Positions 1-12,900 of a DNA stretch of 64,000 bases are shown here, in pieces (positions within the stretch are counted from its first letter, which is position 1; each line of letters begins with the position of its first letter). Source of the stretch: Antedon mediterranea (Eukaryota > Animalia > Echinodermata); NCBI RefSeq assembly GCF_964355755.1, contig NC_092677.1, positions 4,424,101-4,488,100 on the forward strand. Reading direction: 5' to 3'. The position numbers were made by a program, and so were the translations under genes. Below the pieces are notes generated by a model, which searched no databases, had not been told where the DNA came from, and saw only the letters and a program-made list of their open reading frames with translations.

Positions 1-1366
1 CATGGCGAGCACAAACTGCACGTGCAATGTCTTTTTTCACTTCCATTATGCGACTATATGATACTGAAAGACCATGTGCATGATCAATATCGATCTGCTT
101 TCTGTTTCTTCCTTGACCGTGTAGTTTAAGTCCGTGATATAAAGGAAAGGGCGTTTCTCTTTCCTTATTGTGTCGTATTTCAGCAACTTTGCATATGTGA
201 TGCGTACCTTTGCTAGCATTAAATATTAATAACTGCGAAATATTGCGTGCAATCTTCTGCCTTTTATTTACATTTACTCCATCCTCGTTTCTTTGAAGAG
301 GATCTGGGCCCTGAAGTACTATATTGAGAAAACTCATCAGCTCTTCACTTACAGCAACTGTTTGGCAATCAGAAGAGAAGGAGCCATTGAAGGGCGGCTG
401 GTCCCGCAAACAAAGATTGTGCATTATTACAGCAGCCCTCATCAACGTTAAAGCATCTTCTTGACATAACTGTGACTTAAATGCTTTTTTAAGTTCCTCC
501 ACTACTTTTGAATTATTAGATATGAAGATATCTTTTCTACCATATTTTTGTGTAGAGAATTCTTTCCATTCAGGAAGAAAGCTGAGAAGGTGGTCTTTAA
601 ATCTGGTTGCATGTGGATCCTTTTTATTTCGACATGGGTGTCCATTATCACACATTAGCTTCTGATAAATTTCACGCAGCTCTGAAAGCTTAAATACTGT
701 ACTTTTTGCATTTTCGATCATGGTTACAATTTGAGCACATATTATAGAATCAAATGGTAAAATTATTGCAGGTGAAACATCTTTCGATCGCTCAGTAGCC
801 CGGGCAGAATCTCTTAATTGTGTATAACACTGACGATGGTAATAAAAATCAGCTGCATGGGCGTCAGAAGCTACAGTTAGTCTACCAAGTAACTGGACAT
901 TTTTATTAATTTTTGCCCAACACTTTAGATTAACATCAACAGCATCTGTTTCCACCTTATGAAGGTTGGTTGGAGATTTCTCCTCGCAGATTACACAGCA
1001 TATTCCTACAGTCAAATAATCTGATGATCGAAGTTTCTTTGGACTACTATGTGTTGTAATACTAGCGTCATTGTTTAGCTTGCTACTTGCCCGCTTGACA
1101 CGTGAGCTGCTAACAAAGCTTCTGCACATTTTATGATACTTTGCTTTATGTATTTTTAAAGTTTCTGCAATACCTGACCCATCATCTAACTGACTAAGTG
1201 TCACATTGATACCAGCAGGAAATGTATTTGGGTTTATCTGACTTAAATTGTTTATATCTTTCTCTAGTGATAACATTCCATTTTCAGTCGGTGTTTGTAA
1301 AGGTTGTTTATTTTTTTGTTGACAAAGGCAACAGAGATCCCAATTCAAATTGTTGGTAGAAGACAT
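1..1366 (-). CDS. Academ-like DNA transposase, N-terminal ~455 aa (ORF runs off the left window edge, so it is missing from the ORF track)
   Basis: Open minus-strand frame from ATG 1366: MSSTNNLNWDLCCLCQ...LDDGSGIAETLKIHKAKYHKMC...DAHAADFYYHRQCY...HATRFKDHLL...RETPFPLYHGLKLH...GLSVSYSRIME. The AxDxxYHxxC, H(A/S)TRxKxxLL and ETPxPLYxGL..GLSxSY blocks resemble Academ-family transposases as I recall them. Confidence 0.75.
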   Translation of the reverse strand, partial: MSSTNNLNWDLCCLCQQKNKQPLQTPTENGMLSLEKDINNLSQINPNTFPAGINVTLSQLDDGSGIAETLKIHKAKYHKMCRSFVSSSRVKRASSKLNNDASITTHSSPKKLRSSDYLTVGICCVICEEKSPTNLHKVETDAVDVNLKCWAKINKNVQLLGRLTVASDAHAADFYYHRQCYTQLRDSARATERSKDVSPAIILPFDSIICAQIVTMIENAKSTVFKLSELREIYQKLMCDNGHPCRNKKDPHATRFKDHLLSFLPEWKEFSTQKYGRKDIFISNNSKVVEELKKAFKSQLCQEDALTLMRAAVIMHNLCLRDQPPFNGSFSSDCQTVAVSEELMSFLNIVLQGPDPLQRNEDGVNVNKRQKIARNISQLLIFNASKGTHHICKVAEIRHNKERETPFPLYHGLKLHGQGRNRKQIDIDHAHGLSVSYSRIMEVKKDIARAVCARH

Positions 1367-2582
1367 TATTAATATTTATTATCCTATAGTTAAGGTGTAA
1401 AAATCCTAGGAAAAAAAATACAAAGTTGTTATCAACATGATTTTAAGAAAGCAAAAATCGTGTATACTGCCTTTCGCCTAGGCTAGGCCCAAGCTAGGTG
1501 TTCTACCATCTATAGAAGTATACGCACCTAGGCCTTTGAGTTTGAAATATATTATTTGCAAAGTATAATTAATGTCTATCTACTAAAGATGAGTATTCTT
1601 TGTCTATACAATGTCTATCATTTGCATGTATTAATATGTACTCACAACTAAATAGGACAATCTATTTAACTTCATTCAGTGCAGTAACCATTGTAACTAT
1701 GCAAGTAGCCATCTTTGACATGTGCTCAAAAGTTTTAGATTATATGTTGATAGAGGGCGTAGTTCAGTCAAAATAATATAATTATGGCTTACCTGAGAGC
1801 TACTTCCGGCCATTTTTTGGCAAAATCTTTCATTATACAGAATAGAAACATACACTTTCTGAACAATTTGACACCAAAATGAAATTTCCACGGCAACGCA
1901 ATAATGAGATACGGTAATGTCAGGAAAAACAGGTCAAAGGTCAAATGTAATATTTCTGATCATTATTTGAAAAAAACCTTCATTATAACCAATAGAAATG
2001 TTTATGCTATGAACATTTTGAAACCTAAATCAACTCTCTATGACAAGTAATTTTAGAGATACAGAGAAATATGTTAACATTGATTCAGTTAGCAATTGTA
2101 ATATACACCATAAAGGTCAAAGGCAAAATTACGTACTTCCGGTCATTTTGTGATTAAATGTTCCATTAAACTAAATAGTAACATATATATTCTGAACAAT
2201 TTGACACCAAAATAAACTTTCTACGACAATTCATTATTGAGATATGGCAATGCCATAAAAAATGGGTCAAAGGTTAAAAATGGTACTTCCGGTCATGTTT
2301 ATAAAAAAAACTTAATTAGAGCAAATAGGAATGTTTATGTTCTGAACATTTTGAACTTAAAATCAACTCTCTGTGACCAGTATTTTCAGAGATATAGAGT
2401 GTTTGAGCGAAACTGTCCGCCATTTTAAATTATGCAAATTAGGTGACCCAAGGGGTCATTTCGCTTGGCGCCCATCAAAAATTGAATTAGTATAGGGTGG
2501 GCAACATGTATACCAAATTTGGTGCTTTTGGAAAAAAGTGAACAAAACACCCATATTTCATCCCTAACAGACGCCACTACTA
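1..2582 (-). mobile_element. Academ-like DNA transposon, 5' end
   Basis: The minus-strand terminus reads TAGTAGTGGCGTCTGTTAGG (2582-2563). Diverged subterminal direct repeats (tacttccggtcat...tctgaacaatttgacaccaaaat) lie near 1800, 2134 and 2284, upstream of the transposase ORF. Confidence 0.6.
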
Positions 2583-3941
2583 GGCAGCCGGCCAAGCACC
2601 TGCGCTTCGCTCAAATTTACCGCAGTCATATTTTGGACGCACCTCAATATTTCGTTGCCATGCGAAACAGATTTTTTTATGGCTTACGAAAACGAATACG
2701 TGTGCGTGACGTATCGTATTTCGTTATCGTATTCGTAAGATTGCGAAACCTCTCTAATGGCATCATATGTCCTGGTAAATGATCGGTGTTGGGCCTGTTG
2801 GTAACTATAAATAGAAGGTAGTCCATGTAGTATGTATAAACTAATTAAATGGAAACAGCCATAATTTTGTAAAACGGCGGCGTGTCGAGCAAAGCAAAGT
2901 ACTTTGATATTATATGATTGTAATTGATTGAGCTTGACAGTGATATGATTATTTAGAAAGATGCTATATACATAAATATTTTCCATTTCTTGGACTTGTA
3001 AATCTATTTATATGTCTATTCAAAATATAAAACACAAATAAATAAATAATAAATAAATAAATAATGCATGTTGTGAAATTATGTACACTTCTGTATAAGC
3101 CTAGATAAAGCTATTTATATGTCTATTCAAAATATAAAACACAAACAAATAAACTAATAAATAAATAATGCATGTTTTTGAAAGGTTTTAAAATAATGCA
3201 CAGTTGGATTTACATTTTAACCAGCTTACTGTTAGTGTGTGGTTATTTATTAGCTATGATTAATAGAATAAATAAAGATTGTAGCACGATATTCATTTAC
3301 ATAATTTACTCATTATGAATAAAAAAGGAAAACCTTCATAAAATTATATTATTTCCCATGCGCGGATTGACAAAACAATTGAGTAAATAAATAGTAGGCG
3401 TGGTTTCCACTATTACGCAAATGACCTACATACGCACAACGCAAGTAATAACAACAACTCATGTGATCTCTCGCTTGCGTGTATATGCGTTGCGTCCTAC
3501 TTTAGAAATCATTTTGACCTAAATATCAACGACTATGCACTGAGAAAAAAATATAACAAGTATTCGAACATCGACATTTAAATTACCTTGCAGTAAATTG
3601 AAAACATTATTACGTTAATTATTGTTAAAACCAGAATCGTCTTTTCATTTAGGTATTTTATTGTCAATCAAATAAAGAAAGTACATTTTTATAGGAAACA
3701 TATATGAATAATTACATATTGATAGCCAAATATAGGCTTTAGACTACTTAAATGGAAAAATCGATCGGATTTCGAATGAATATCGTCCTAATTAATGTTA
3801 CAATAACCGAAACACGCTCATTCTATCACCAACTAACACTGCATTGTCGTCGTGAGTAAACAATGTCGGACTCAGAAACTTATCCAAGATCAAGATTGAT
3901 GCAAGAATATTAGGAAACGATTTGATGTTGTCATTGCGAAC

Positions 3942-6900
3942 ATGGCTCAAGAAGAAGAGGAAACTGTACTTGGAATAAGTCGAAATTTCGGAGAAAACAC
4001 TTCTTCACATGGTATACCACGGATAGTAGCGTCAAAATCGTATTTTGGAAAGATCTTCTGGAGTTGTTTGTATGTTGCTTCTCTAGTGGCGTTCTCTTGG
4101 CAGGCCTATGTCCTCATCGATACATACTTCAAGTTTGAAGTTTCTATCAAAGTAAGTTAAGAACGTATCTATCATTTAATTTTACAAAGAAAATTTAAGA
4201 AAACAAGCTTACTGATGGCTACACAAATCATTCCAATCAAAGACTGTTTATATTTTTATAACTAATTTAGAAATCACATCCACACGGCCAATCGTAGACT
4301 TTTCGATGTTTGTCTGAAATAAAAGCTCAAGTAGTATACGTATGAAACGCCATATGTGCCAAAATATTAATCTTTTTACTAATAATTAAGTCAAAAGGCC
4401 TCGTTAAAAGTGATTAGGAATTAAATTGTAACTTTTGACTTACAGTATATCCATTTTTGTTTAAACTAATATAGCAATTAAGAGCCATTGTCTGTAAGAA
4501 TCAGAGAAATATCAAAAAGAGTGGCAGACTCAAAAAAATGGATTTCTTTCAAATTTTGCACATGGCTATATATGTGTTGAGAGAAATCAAATATGAAGTA
4601 TTTTTTATTTCACACGTATATTTCCATGGCAACGGCCAAATTTGTGTTTTTGACAAATTTTGTCCTTTTTTAAGGTTTTTTAAAATGGATATTGGTACTA
4701 CTTTGATGAACGATATTTTTGTGTTGTTCATTTAATTATAAAAAATAATTAGTGTATGCATAATAACAATGCATTGTGTACCTGTTTCACATTTTTTTAT
4801 TTTTTTTTATTTCATACTTTGGGAGATACCATTTATTTAAAAAGGGGTGTTTTTCACTTTTTTTAAATTGTTCAATGCAACTAAACTTTACTTCACCATA
4901 ACGCCCAAAGTGGTGTATTTTTTTAGCTGATTTATTACAAATAGGTAGTTCTAATGTTTAATAATTGATTTCTAAAATAAAATACTGGGGTAAATTTAAA
5001 ATCTACAAGCAGTGTTGCGAGAAACATAGGCATTTTTATAAAAAAAAAACATGGTATATTAGTAAAAACATTTTATTTTCTTTGATTATTTGATTTGAAA
5101 CTCATTGGTCAGAAAAATTCTTAATGTTTGATATAGTTCTAGTTGTGTTGTGAGAAAAAAAATTATTTTTTAATTATAGATTCTGTAATTCCCAGTTTTA
5201 ATGTCATTTTATAGGTTATATCCTCTGGAAATTTGAATAAATTATCAGATCGTTGTGAATTTTAATCTTTGCAACAGATTACTCCTCTCTTATTTTGAAG
5301 CTCCTCTTTCATTTGTTTACTTCTTTTATTTGCTAACCTAAGCAGATCCCACATGCCCATCCACCACCACTTTCGACTACCACCCCTCCCCCCACCCCGA
5401 CTATAACCACAAAAAGATAAACTGCAACACTTTGGTCGATCATCCACTATAGAGTGTCAAATGCATGCATTCAAGCACCACCCACACTGCCGCTACCATC
5501 GCCCCAAAGAATAGACGGATTCCAACTCCTCCATCCCACTCCATCCCACCCTCCCCTTTCTCCAAGCCACCACCCACCCCAAGTTAAAAATTGCAATGCA
5601 AAAGATAGGACATAAAGTTAAGTTTTTAGACCCTCGCCTTCAACCACCTAACTATTTAAAAGTCCTGGATCCACCACTTTCCCCTCCCCAAAATAGAACC
5701 AATCAAAAGTCAATGATATACTCAGGTATGTTAATTTCATTTCATTTAAGGTCAGCATGTAAAATATCACACTTTATTATTAAATATTGGTTTTAAATTC
5801 TATATTTTTTTTTAATGTGATGGTTGGATTCAGTATTAATTATTAATATTAATAATTATCTGATAATTATTTAATTTCTCTTAGTTATGCATAGCAACAG
5901 TTACTATGGTAACTAAAAATGAGATATTCTTTAGATTTTGCATATTTATCTCATACAAATTTAAATTTGTAGATTATTAGCAGGCATGCCTTATTTGCAT
6001 TTTCAAATTACCGTTTCACAAGGTCATATTTGTAAGCACTTTCTTCTGTGATTATTTTTATTCATGAAAACCCCATATTTTATTTACAGCGGCCACCTCC
6101 CTTAACGGACGCACTTTGAAAAGCCTGTTTGTTCTTCCTATCTAATTAGTGCATTTGGTGCTTACCGTAAGCAGCTGCGGGCACCTTTTTATACTAAAAA
6201 TGAGATTTTTTGTAAGCGGCCAATCGAAAAATGTGATACTTATTGCATGGACCTATGAATTAGAGGTGCATGTTTATTGTATTTCTTTATATATTAGCTT
6301 TATTTTGAAGAGGTTTTAAAAACATTACTGTGAAGAGATGAGAAAACTACACAGATTTTGACCGACCATTTTTCATATGATAAAAGTTTTTAAAATTTGT
6401 CTGAAAATGCTAAAAAATACTAAACCACCTGATTATAAATAATAATAGGCCTACAATTAGCTGGAAAATTGAGACGCTCGTTTCGTTAAGAATATCGTAT
6501 ATAGCTATAATAAGTGATTTTGGCCCTTTATCGGCAGAACCTCCCGTAAGGGGTCACCGCCCGTAAGCGGCCACTTTTCCAGGTCCCGAGGGTGGCCGCT
6601 TACGGGAGGTTCAACTGTATTTAAAAAAACAATTATCCTTAGTTACGCATAGAAACAGGTTCTAAGATAACATAAATAATACATTTTGACATAATGACCC
6701 AACAAATGACCCTTTCACAAGGTCACACATTTTCTGGGATTCAGTAGATAAGTAAATTTGGGAAAAGGTAGTAAAGCTATGTAATCAATTGTTTTTAGTC
6801 ATGAAACCCCATATTAAAAATATTGTACTTAGTTACGTATAGATGTCATTTGACCTCAATATGTAAAATTTTTTTTTTCATGAAACTCCATATTTAATTT

Positions 6901-9900
6901 TTTTTATAAATATCATTTGTTACGTAAACAGGTTTAAGATAACACTAAACGCTTTTTTACCTTTATTCAGATTCGTCAAGACTTTCTTTCTGAGATTATT
7001 AGGATTCAGTGTTTAAAGTAAATTTGGCAAAAAGTAGAAATGTAAAACTATGTAGAAAAAATGTTTTGTATTTATGAAAAACCCCTTATTTTTTTTAAAT
7101 TTTCGCATAGAAACAGTTACTATGGTAAAATGTTGACCTCAAAATGAATGAATTTACAAGGTCAAGTTTGTCATTAATGGAATGCAGTAGAAGTCAAATT
7201 GAGAAAAATTACAAATGCAATCAATTCTTTGTATTTATAAAAACGCCATTTTTTACGTTTTTTTTTAAATTACTTTCCTTAGTTACACATAGAAATGGTT
7301 GCTAAGGTAACACTATAGGTAAAATATGAAAATTGTTGAGAATTGTTATGAACTATCTTGTAAATTTTGATCAAACATTAATAGTTGTAGTAAAGTGGGG
7401 ACCTGTCCTGTTTTGCATTCTGACCCCTTTTGACCTCAAATGACCTATTTACAAGGTCAGATTTTTTGGGAAGTCTTTCTGTATCTCTTTACACAAAATA
7501 GATTTAACAATTTATAAAAACCATTGACTCAATTATTTTCAAGTTTAACATTATTTTCCATCAACTAAATATTTCAATGCAAAATACTGTTTTTCTGGCA
7601 ATTAATTGAAATAAACCTGGCAACATATTCTCCTATTTTATCTAAACTATTCGTATGACTCTAGTAGCATTATGACAAGCCATATATACATTTTATTATT
7701 GGATTAGCCATATTTAAATTGTGTTTCATGTGTTTTGTTTGTTGATATTTTGTTATATTTTTTGTATTTTTCGTATTTTCCTGGCAACACAAAACCTATG
7801 TACGAAATTTACCCCAGTGTTTCTTTCGTGATTATTGTTGACAAACCTATTGACTATCAAATTAAAAAACTTCATTGATTTAAAAACACCACTTTGGAAG
7901 TTATAGGTACGTTTATGAGGTATACTTTTATAAAAAAAATATTTTTTAAAAACACCCCTTTTTAAAATAATGGTATCAACCAAACTCCATTTTGTAATTT
8001 TTTTTTTTCTACATTAAATGGAACTCAATACATGTTGTTTACACTGCTATAAACAAAAACTGTATACTGTAAGTATTTTTGGTTAGAATAAGTATAAAAG
8101 TTTGTACTTTTTCACTATAGAAAATCTTTGAAAAATGGCAAAAACATCAAAATTTGGATAATTGACCGTTGTCATGGCAACGGAGGCTAAAAATTAAAAT
8201 GAATGTTGTAGATATGCTTTTTATTGAAATGTCTATTCATGGTAAAAATTTGAGAGAAATCCATTTTTTTACATCTGCCACCAAATCTTTGATTTTTACA
8301 GACAATGGCTCTTAAATTACCGAAAATTAGGCATAATGAAAATAATAATTATATTATAAAAAATTAATAAAACGAATATTTCTTGCTTTGCTTTTATTTA
8401 TTTTTGTCAGTACGTCGTTGAAAACTCAGACGCCAGACCCTTGCAATTTCCCGCCGTTACCTTATGCAATACGAATCAAGTTCGCCGGTCTGTTTTGGCG
8501 TTACGTCATGAGTATGAGATACTATCGTCCATTGAAGACTACACACATAGTTTGCTATATTATGGTAATAATGTTTTAGTTAATAATGTTGCGTCGTCAG
8601 AAGATTTCCCTGATATGTAGGCATACCGTAGTGCAAGATAAGGGGGTCGTAGTGGGAGATGAGAGAATTACAATGAATGCAATATACCGGTTTGTGACCA
8701 TGCAAAGCTTATTTCGGCGTTTTTAAAATGATGGTCAAAAAGGTTTTTTATCTGCATTTATCTCTCCTTAAATAATATGGTCTGCACTAATTCTGTCCTC
8801 TAATTCTGCTTCTCTTTGACTATGTCCATTCTGTAGGCTACCTAGCCCTGTCTCTGTCCATTCTGTATAGGCTACCTAGCCCTGTCTCTGTCCATTCTGT
8901 AGGCTACCTAGCCCTGTTTCTGTCCATTCTGTAGGCTACCTAGCCCTGTCTCTGTCCATTCTGTAGGCTACCTAGCCCTGTCTCTGTCCATTCTGTAGGC
9001 TACCTAGCCCTGTCTCTGTCCATTCTGTAGGCTACCTAGCCCTGTCTCTGTCCATTCTGTAGGCTACCTGAATGGTTCTTTTGCTTTCCTATCGTTCTTT
9101 TGACAGTTTATTCGGTATGTACAGATGTATTCAATAGATTTACAGCATTTTATATTATAAATGCTTCCGCAGCTCCATGTAAGGATGATGATTTTCATTG
9201 CGACAACAATAAGTGTGTTAAAGACTACAGGATGTGCAATGGTATTGATGATTGTGGTGATAAGTCAGATGAACAAGACTGTCTACCTGCTAGTAAGTAT
9301 TGGAATTTTTATCCACCCGTAAAATGATGGAACACACGAGTATTATTGATAATTTAGTAATAATTATCACCACCGCCATTTTTGTCTTTCTGTAATGGCG
9401 CTAGTTACAATCCGTTATACATGAGTAATTAATGAATGACGTAATGCATAAACGGGCAAAGGTAAGTAAGTTTGTAAAATGATGGAACGCGTGGGTATTA
9501 GGCATATATTTAAAATTTAAAGTAATAATTATTACCAATCATTATTATTTTTATTTTGCATAAATATATTTTGGATTGTTTTATATACAGTTCCGTGTCG
9601 ATCTGGGTACAGGAGGTGTCAAATGGGAGGAGAATCCGGTTATTGTATTAGCGAAGACAGATGGTGTGACAGAAATATAGATTGTTACGATGGAGAAGAC
9701 GAAGAATGTTCAGCAGATGACAGTGAGTAGAATCGGACATACCAAAGCTATTTCAGTTTAAGGGAGAAAACAAAAATTCAAACAGCAATACATATTATAA
9801 TAAAAAAACTATTTAAATAAGCAGCTGCTTGTCTGTTAAATTGCCATTTATAAGCATGGTTACCTATTGGGGAAAGTATTAGGTCTATACGTATTGATAT

Positions 9901-12900
9901 GTACTTACAATTGCCAACTAACCACTGAGAGTTCATTGATGATTCGGCCAGTTAAAAACAGGCTTATAATGTATATATTTCAGTTAAGTGCAAGGAGGAT
10001 GAATTTTCATGTAAAAGCGGGGTAGAGGCGTCTTTTGAAACCGAATTTGTTGAAAAATATGGGACTAAGTATTGCATTAGTGCCAAGCTAAAATGTGATG
10101 GTATTAGACATTGTGCGAATGATGCTGACGAAGCAAATTGTCCAGGTGATGTAATTTGTGTATGTTCAAAATATCGGTATTTATTAATAGCGCTTGTATA
10201 AATGCACCGAAACCATAACCATACAATATAAACGCTCTACTTTACATTTTTGGTAGGCCTATTAATGTATAATTTATGCATCCTCAACATAACCCAGGAC
10301 CTGCTGGTATAGGAAAAATGGTTCTTGGGACAGGAGCTGTAAGTGGTAGGCCTAGATAAAATGTCACTGCCAATCTAGTACAAATTGATACTCGTTGTTT
10401 TTGTAGCAGGACAATGTAATGAGAATGAATTTACATGTGGAAACATCATTTGCATCCCAAATGATTATAAGTGCGATGGGTTTTGTGACTGCGCAGACTG
10501 CAGGGACGAGTCTTCAGACATAGTTTGTGTATTTACGTGCACGAATGGTAAACATATTCCAAAAGAGGAAACGTGCGATTTTAAAAACCAATGCGGTGAT
10601 AACAGCGATGAAGAGGGTTGTACGAATTTTCAAAGTACAGTAATTTTACTTTTATTAAACATTTATTTACAGACTGATACAAGATACATTAATGAATGAA
10701 TCTATTGATTGATTCAAAGAATGACTGGTAGATCTTCATAGATCTACCACTATCACCGACACAATTCTAAGCAATACACACATTATCAATTATCCTATAC
10801 ATTTAATTTTTCCCTATATGTTGATCTTCAATTTCTTTTGAAAGTTTATGTTAGCCTACTTAGGTAATATTTGTTTTCAAATAAATGACATAAGTATAAA
10901 TTAAAGTAATGGCTTTTAAGAAGTGTTACTTTTTTTCTCCTTACAGGTTGCAATGAAGAGTTTGCATTTCAGTGTGATAATAAGCAGTGTATTGACAAGG
11001 CTTACATTTGTAACGATATAGAAGACTGTTATGATTATAGTGATGAACGTTCATGTAAGTTATTTTTAATCTGTTAGCCTGTGTGTCCTATGACTGTGTT
11101 AAACATGTAATGACAAATGTGTTTGTTTCATTGGTATTTACTCTCAACATTATGCTTCATTTGATTTTAGGTAATTGCTCAAGATTTCTTTGTAATAACA
11201 AGAAATGTGTTAACATTTACGCTGATTGTAACGGATTAGACGAATGCGGGGATGGCTCTGATGAAATGTTCTGTAATGATACAGGTTTGTGTAGTCTTTC
11301 TACACCAATTTGGTCAAACTCGGCCCTAAACCAACTCGGCTCTTATCAACTCGGCTCCAAGTCTCGGTCTCAAATTAACACTTCTCAAGCCAACTCGACC
11401 CCTTGTCAACTCGGCCCCCAAGTCAAATTGGCCACAAACTATTCTGTCTTAATGAAGTGATTAATTAAGATTTTGAAGCAAATAAAATTATTTTCGGCAG
11501 TTGTATCAAGGTATTGACAATTCGGCAAGTGATGTTAGATTTAAATTTATATATTTATATTATTATATATGTATTAGGCCTATAACTTAAGTAATTTTTT
11601 TGTAGGAATTCATTATCAAACACACGATCCTTCAAACTGGACGGATGACTGGTTTTTGCAATACGTAGACAAATTAGACATAGGTTTTGATATAACTACA
11701 GCAGTAAAATTGTTTAAACAAAACTTTAAAAATTGGGGATTTGAGCGAGTTTCAGGAGAGTTTCCACCAGACTGGATTAGATTCCTTGTCTTCAGTAGCA
11801 CGGCAGACTATAGCGACCTACAGAATGTTCTAAAACTTACCCAAGAAGAATTATTGGAACTAGGACATCAGGCTCAGCAGATGATTTTACAGTGTACTTA
11901 TGCTGGTACGAAATGTGATATTGAAAAGTACGTGATACTTACAAAAACACCCAGTTTTTGACGAAACTGAAATATTTAAAAATAATTATAAAAAATAAAT
12001 ATAAACAAGTTTGTGTTTCAGTTTTATTTTTTTCATTTTTCATTTCTAAAATATTATGTAAATGGAAATGATAACCAACAATATCAAAGCCTGTACACAG
12101 TTTATCAAATTTAAATAGAAAACAAGTTAAAAGACAATAAAATGTTCAAACATGACATTACAGTCAAAATCTGAAACAAAAAATGTTGGTGAAACTAGAC
12201 TGTGGTTTACATATAAATAGATTAATTCCACAAAACACAAAGCAATATATTTGTTGTGACTAGTAGTGACAGGCCTGATCGCAAATGAATTCCTTATTTG
12301 ATTTCAGGGATTTTCATCTATTTCAACATGACAAATACGGTAACTGCTATACATTTAATAGTCATAAGGTGGAAAATGCGATAGTTCACAATGTAACACA
12401 ACCAGGTGCCGAAAAGGGTAAGTTGATTGTCCGATTATAAGAATTCTTTCAAAGGTTTTAAAAAAGATCCAAAGTATATGTATAATTATAACGAACAAAA
12501 CATTTAAATTCTATTCGTAATTTGAATATATTACGTGCGTTTATGCTGGGTATTTTGTGATCGATATCCTTATTCATTCATTTTATTTAATACCTATTTA
12601 CTGTTTGATGATAAAGGTTTATGGCTAACGCTGTACACAGAACAACATGAATATGTTAGTATCTTCGGACAAGATAGTGGCATCAAAGTGTTGGTGCATA
12701 ATCAATTTGAAACACCGTTTCCAGAAGAAAATGCCATCACCGTCTCACCAGGCAGAGCTACGTCATTAGGCATCAAAAGGGTAAACATCATCTTTCTCAT
12801 CCGTGGCAGAATGTTTTTCTTCATACCATTTGGACAACATAGGACATACTACCTAAAATCGTGACTGAAAAACATGACTGTCAAGAAAAGAGCGAGGAAG

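Noticed and set aside
8824-9069. CRISPR-like array of 32-bp repeats
   Set aside because: The units are contiguous with no unique spacers, there are no cas genes, and the context is a eukaryotic intron.
9173-11284. LDLa exons as a separate LRP/LDLR-like gene nested in a channel intron
   Set aside because: They have no start codon, signal peptide or terminal exon of their own. Phases join exon 2 to exon 9 of the channel, and the arrangement is repeated in the paralog.
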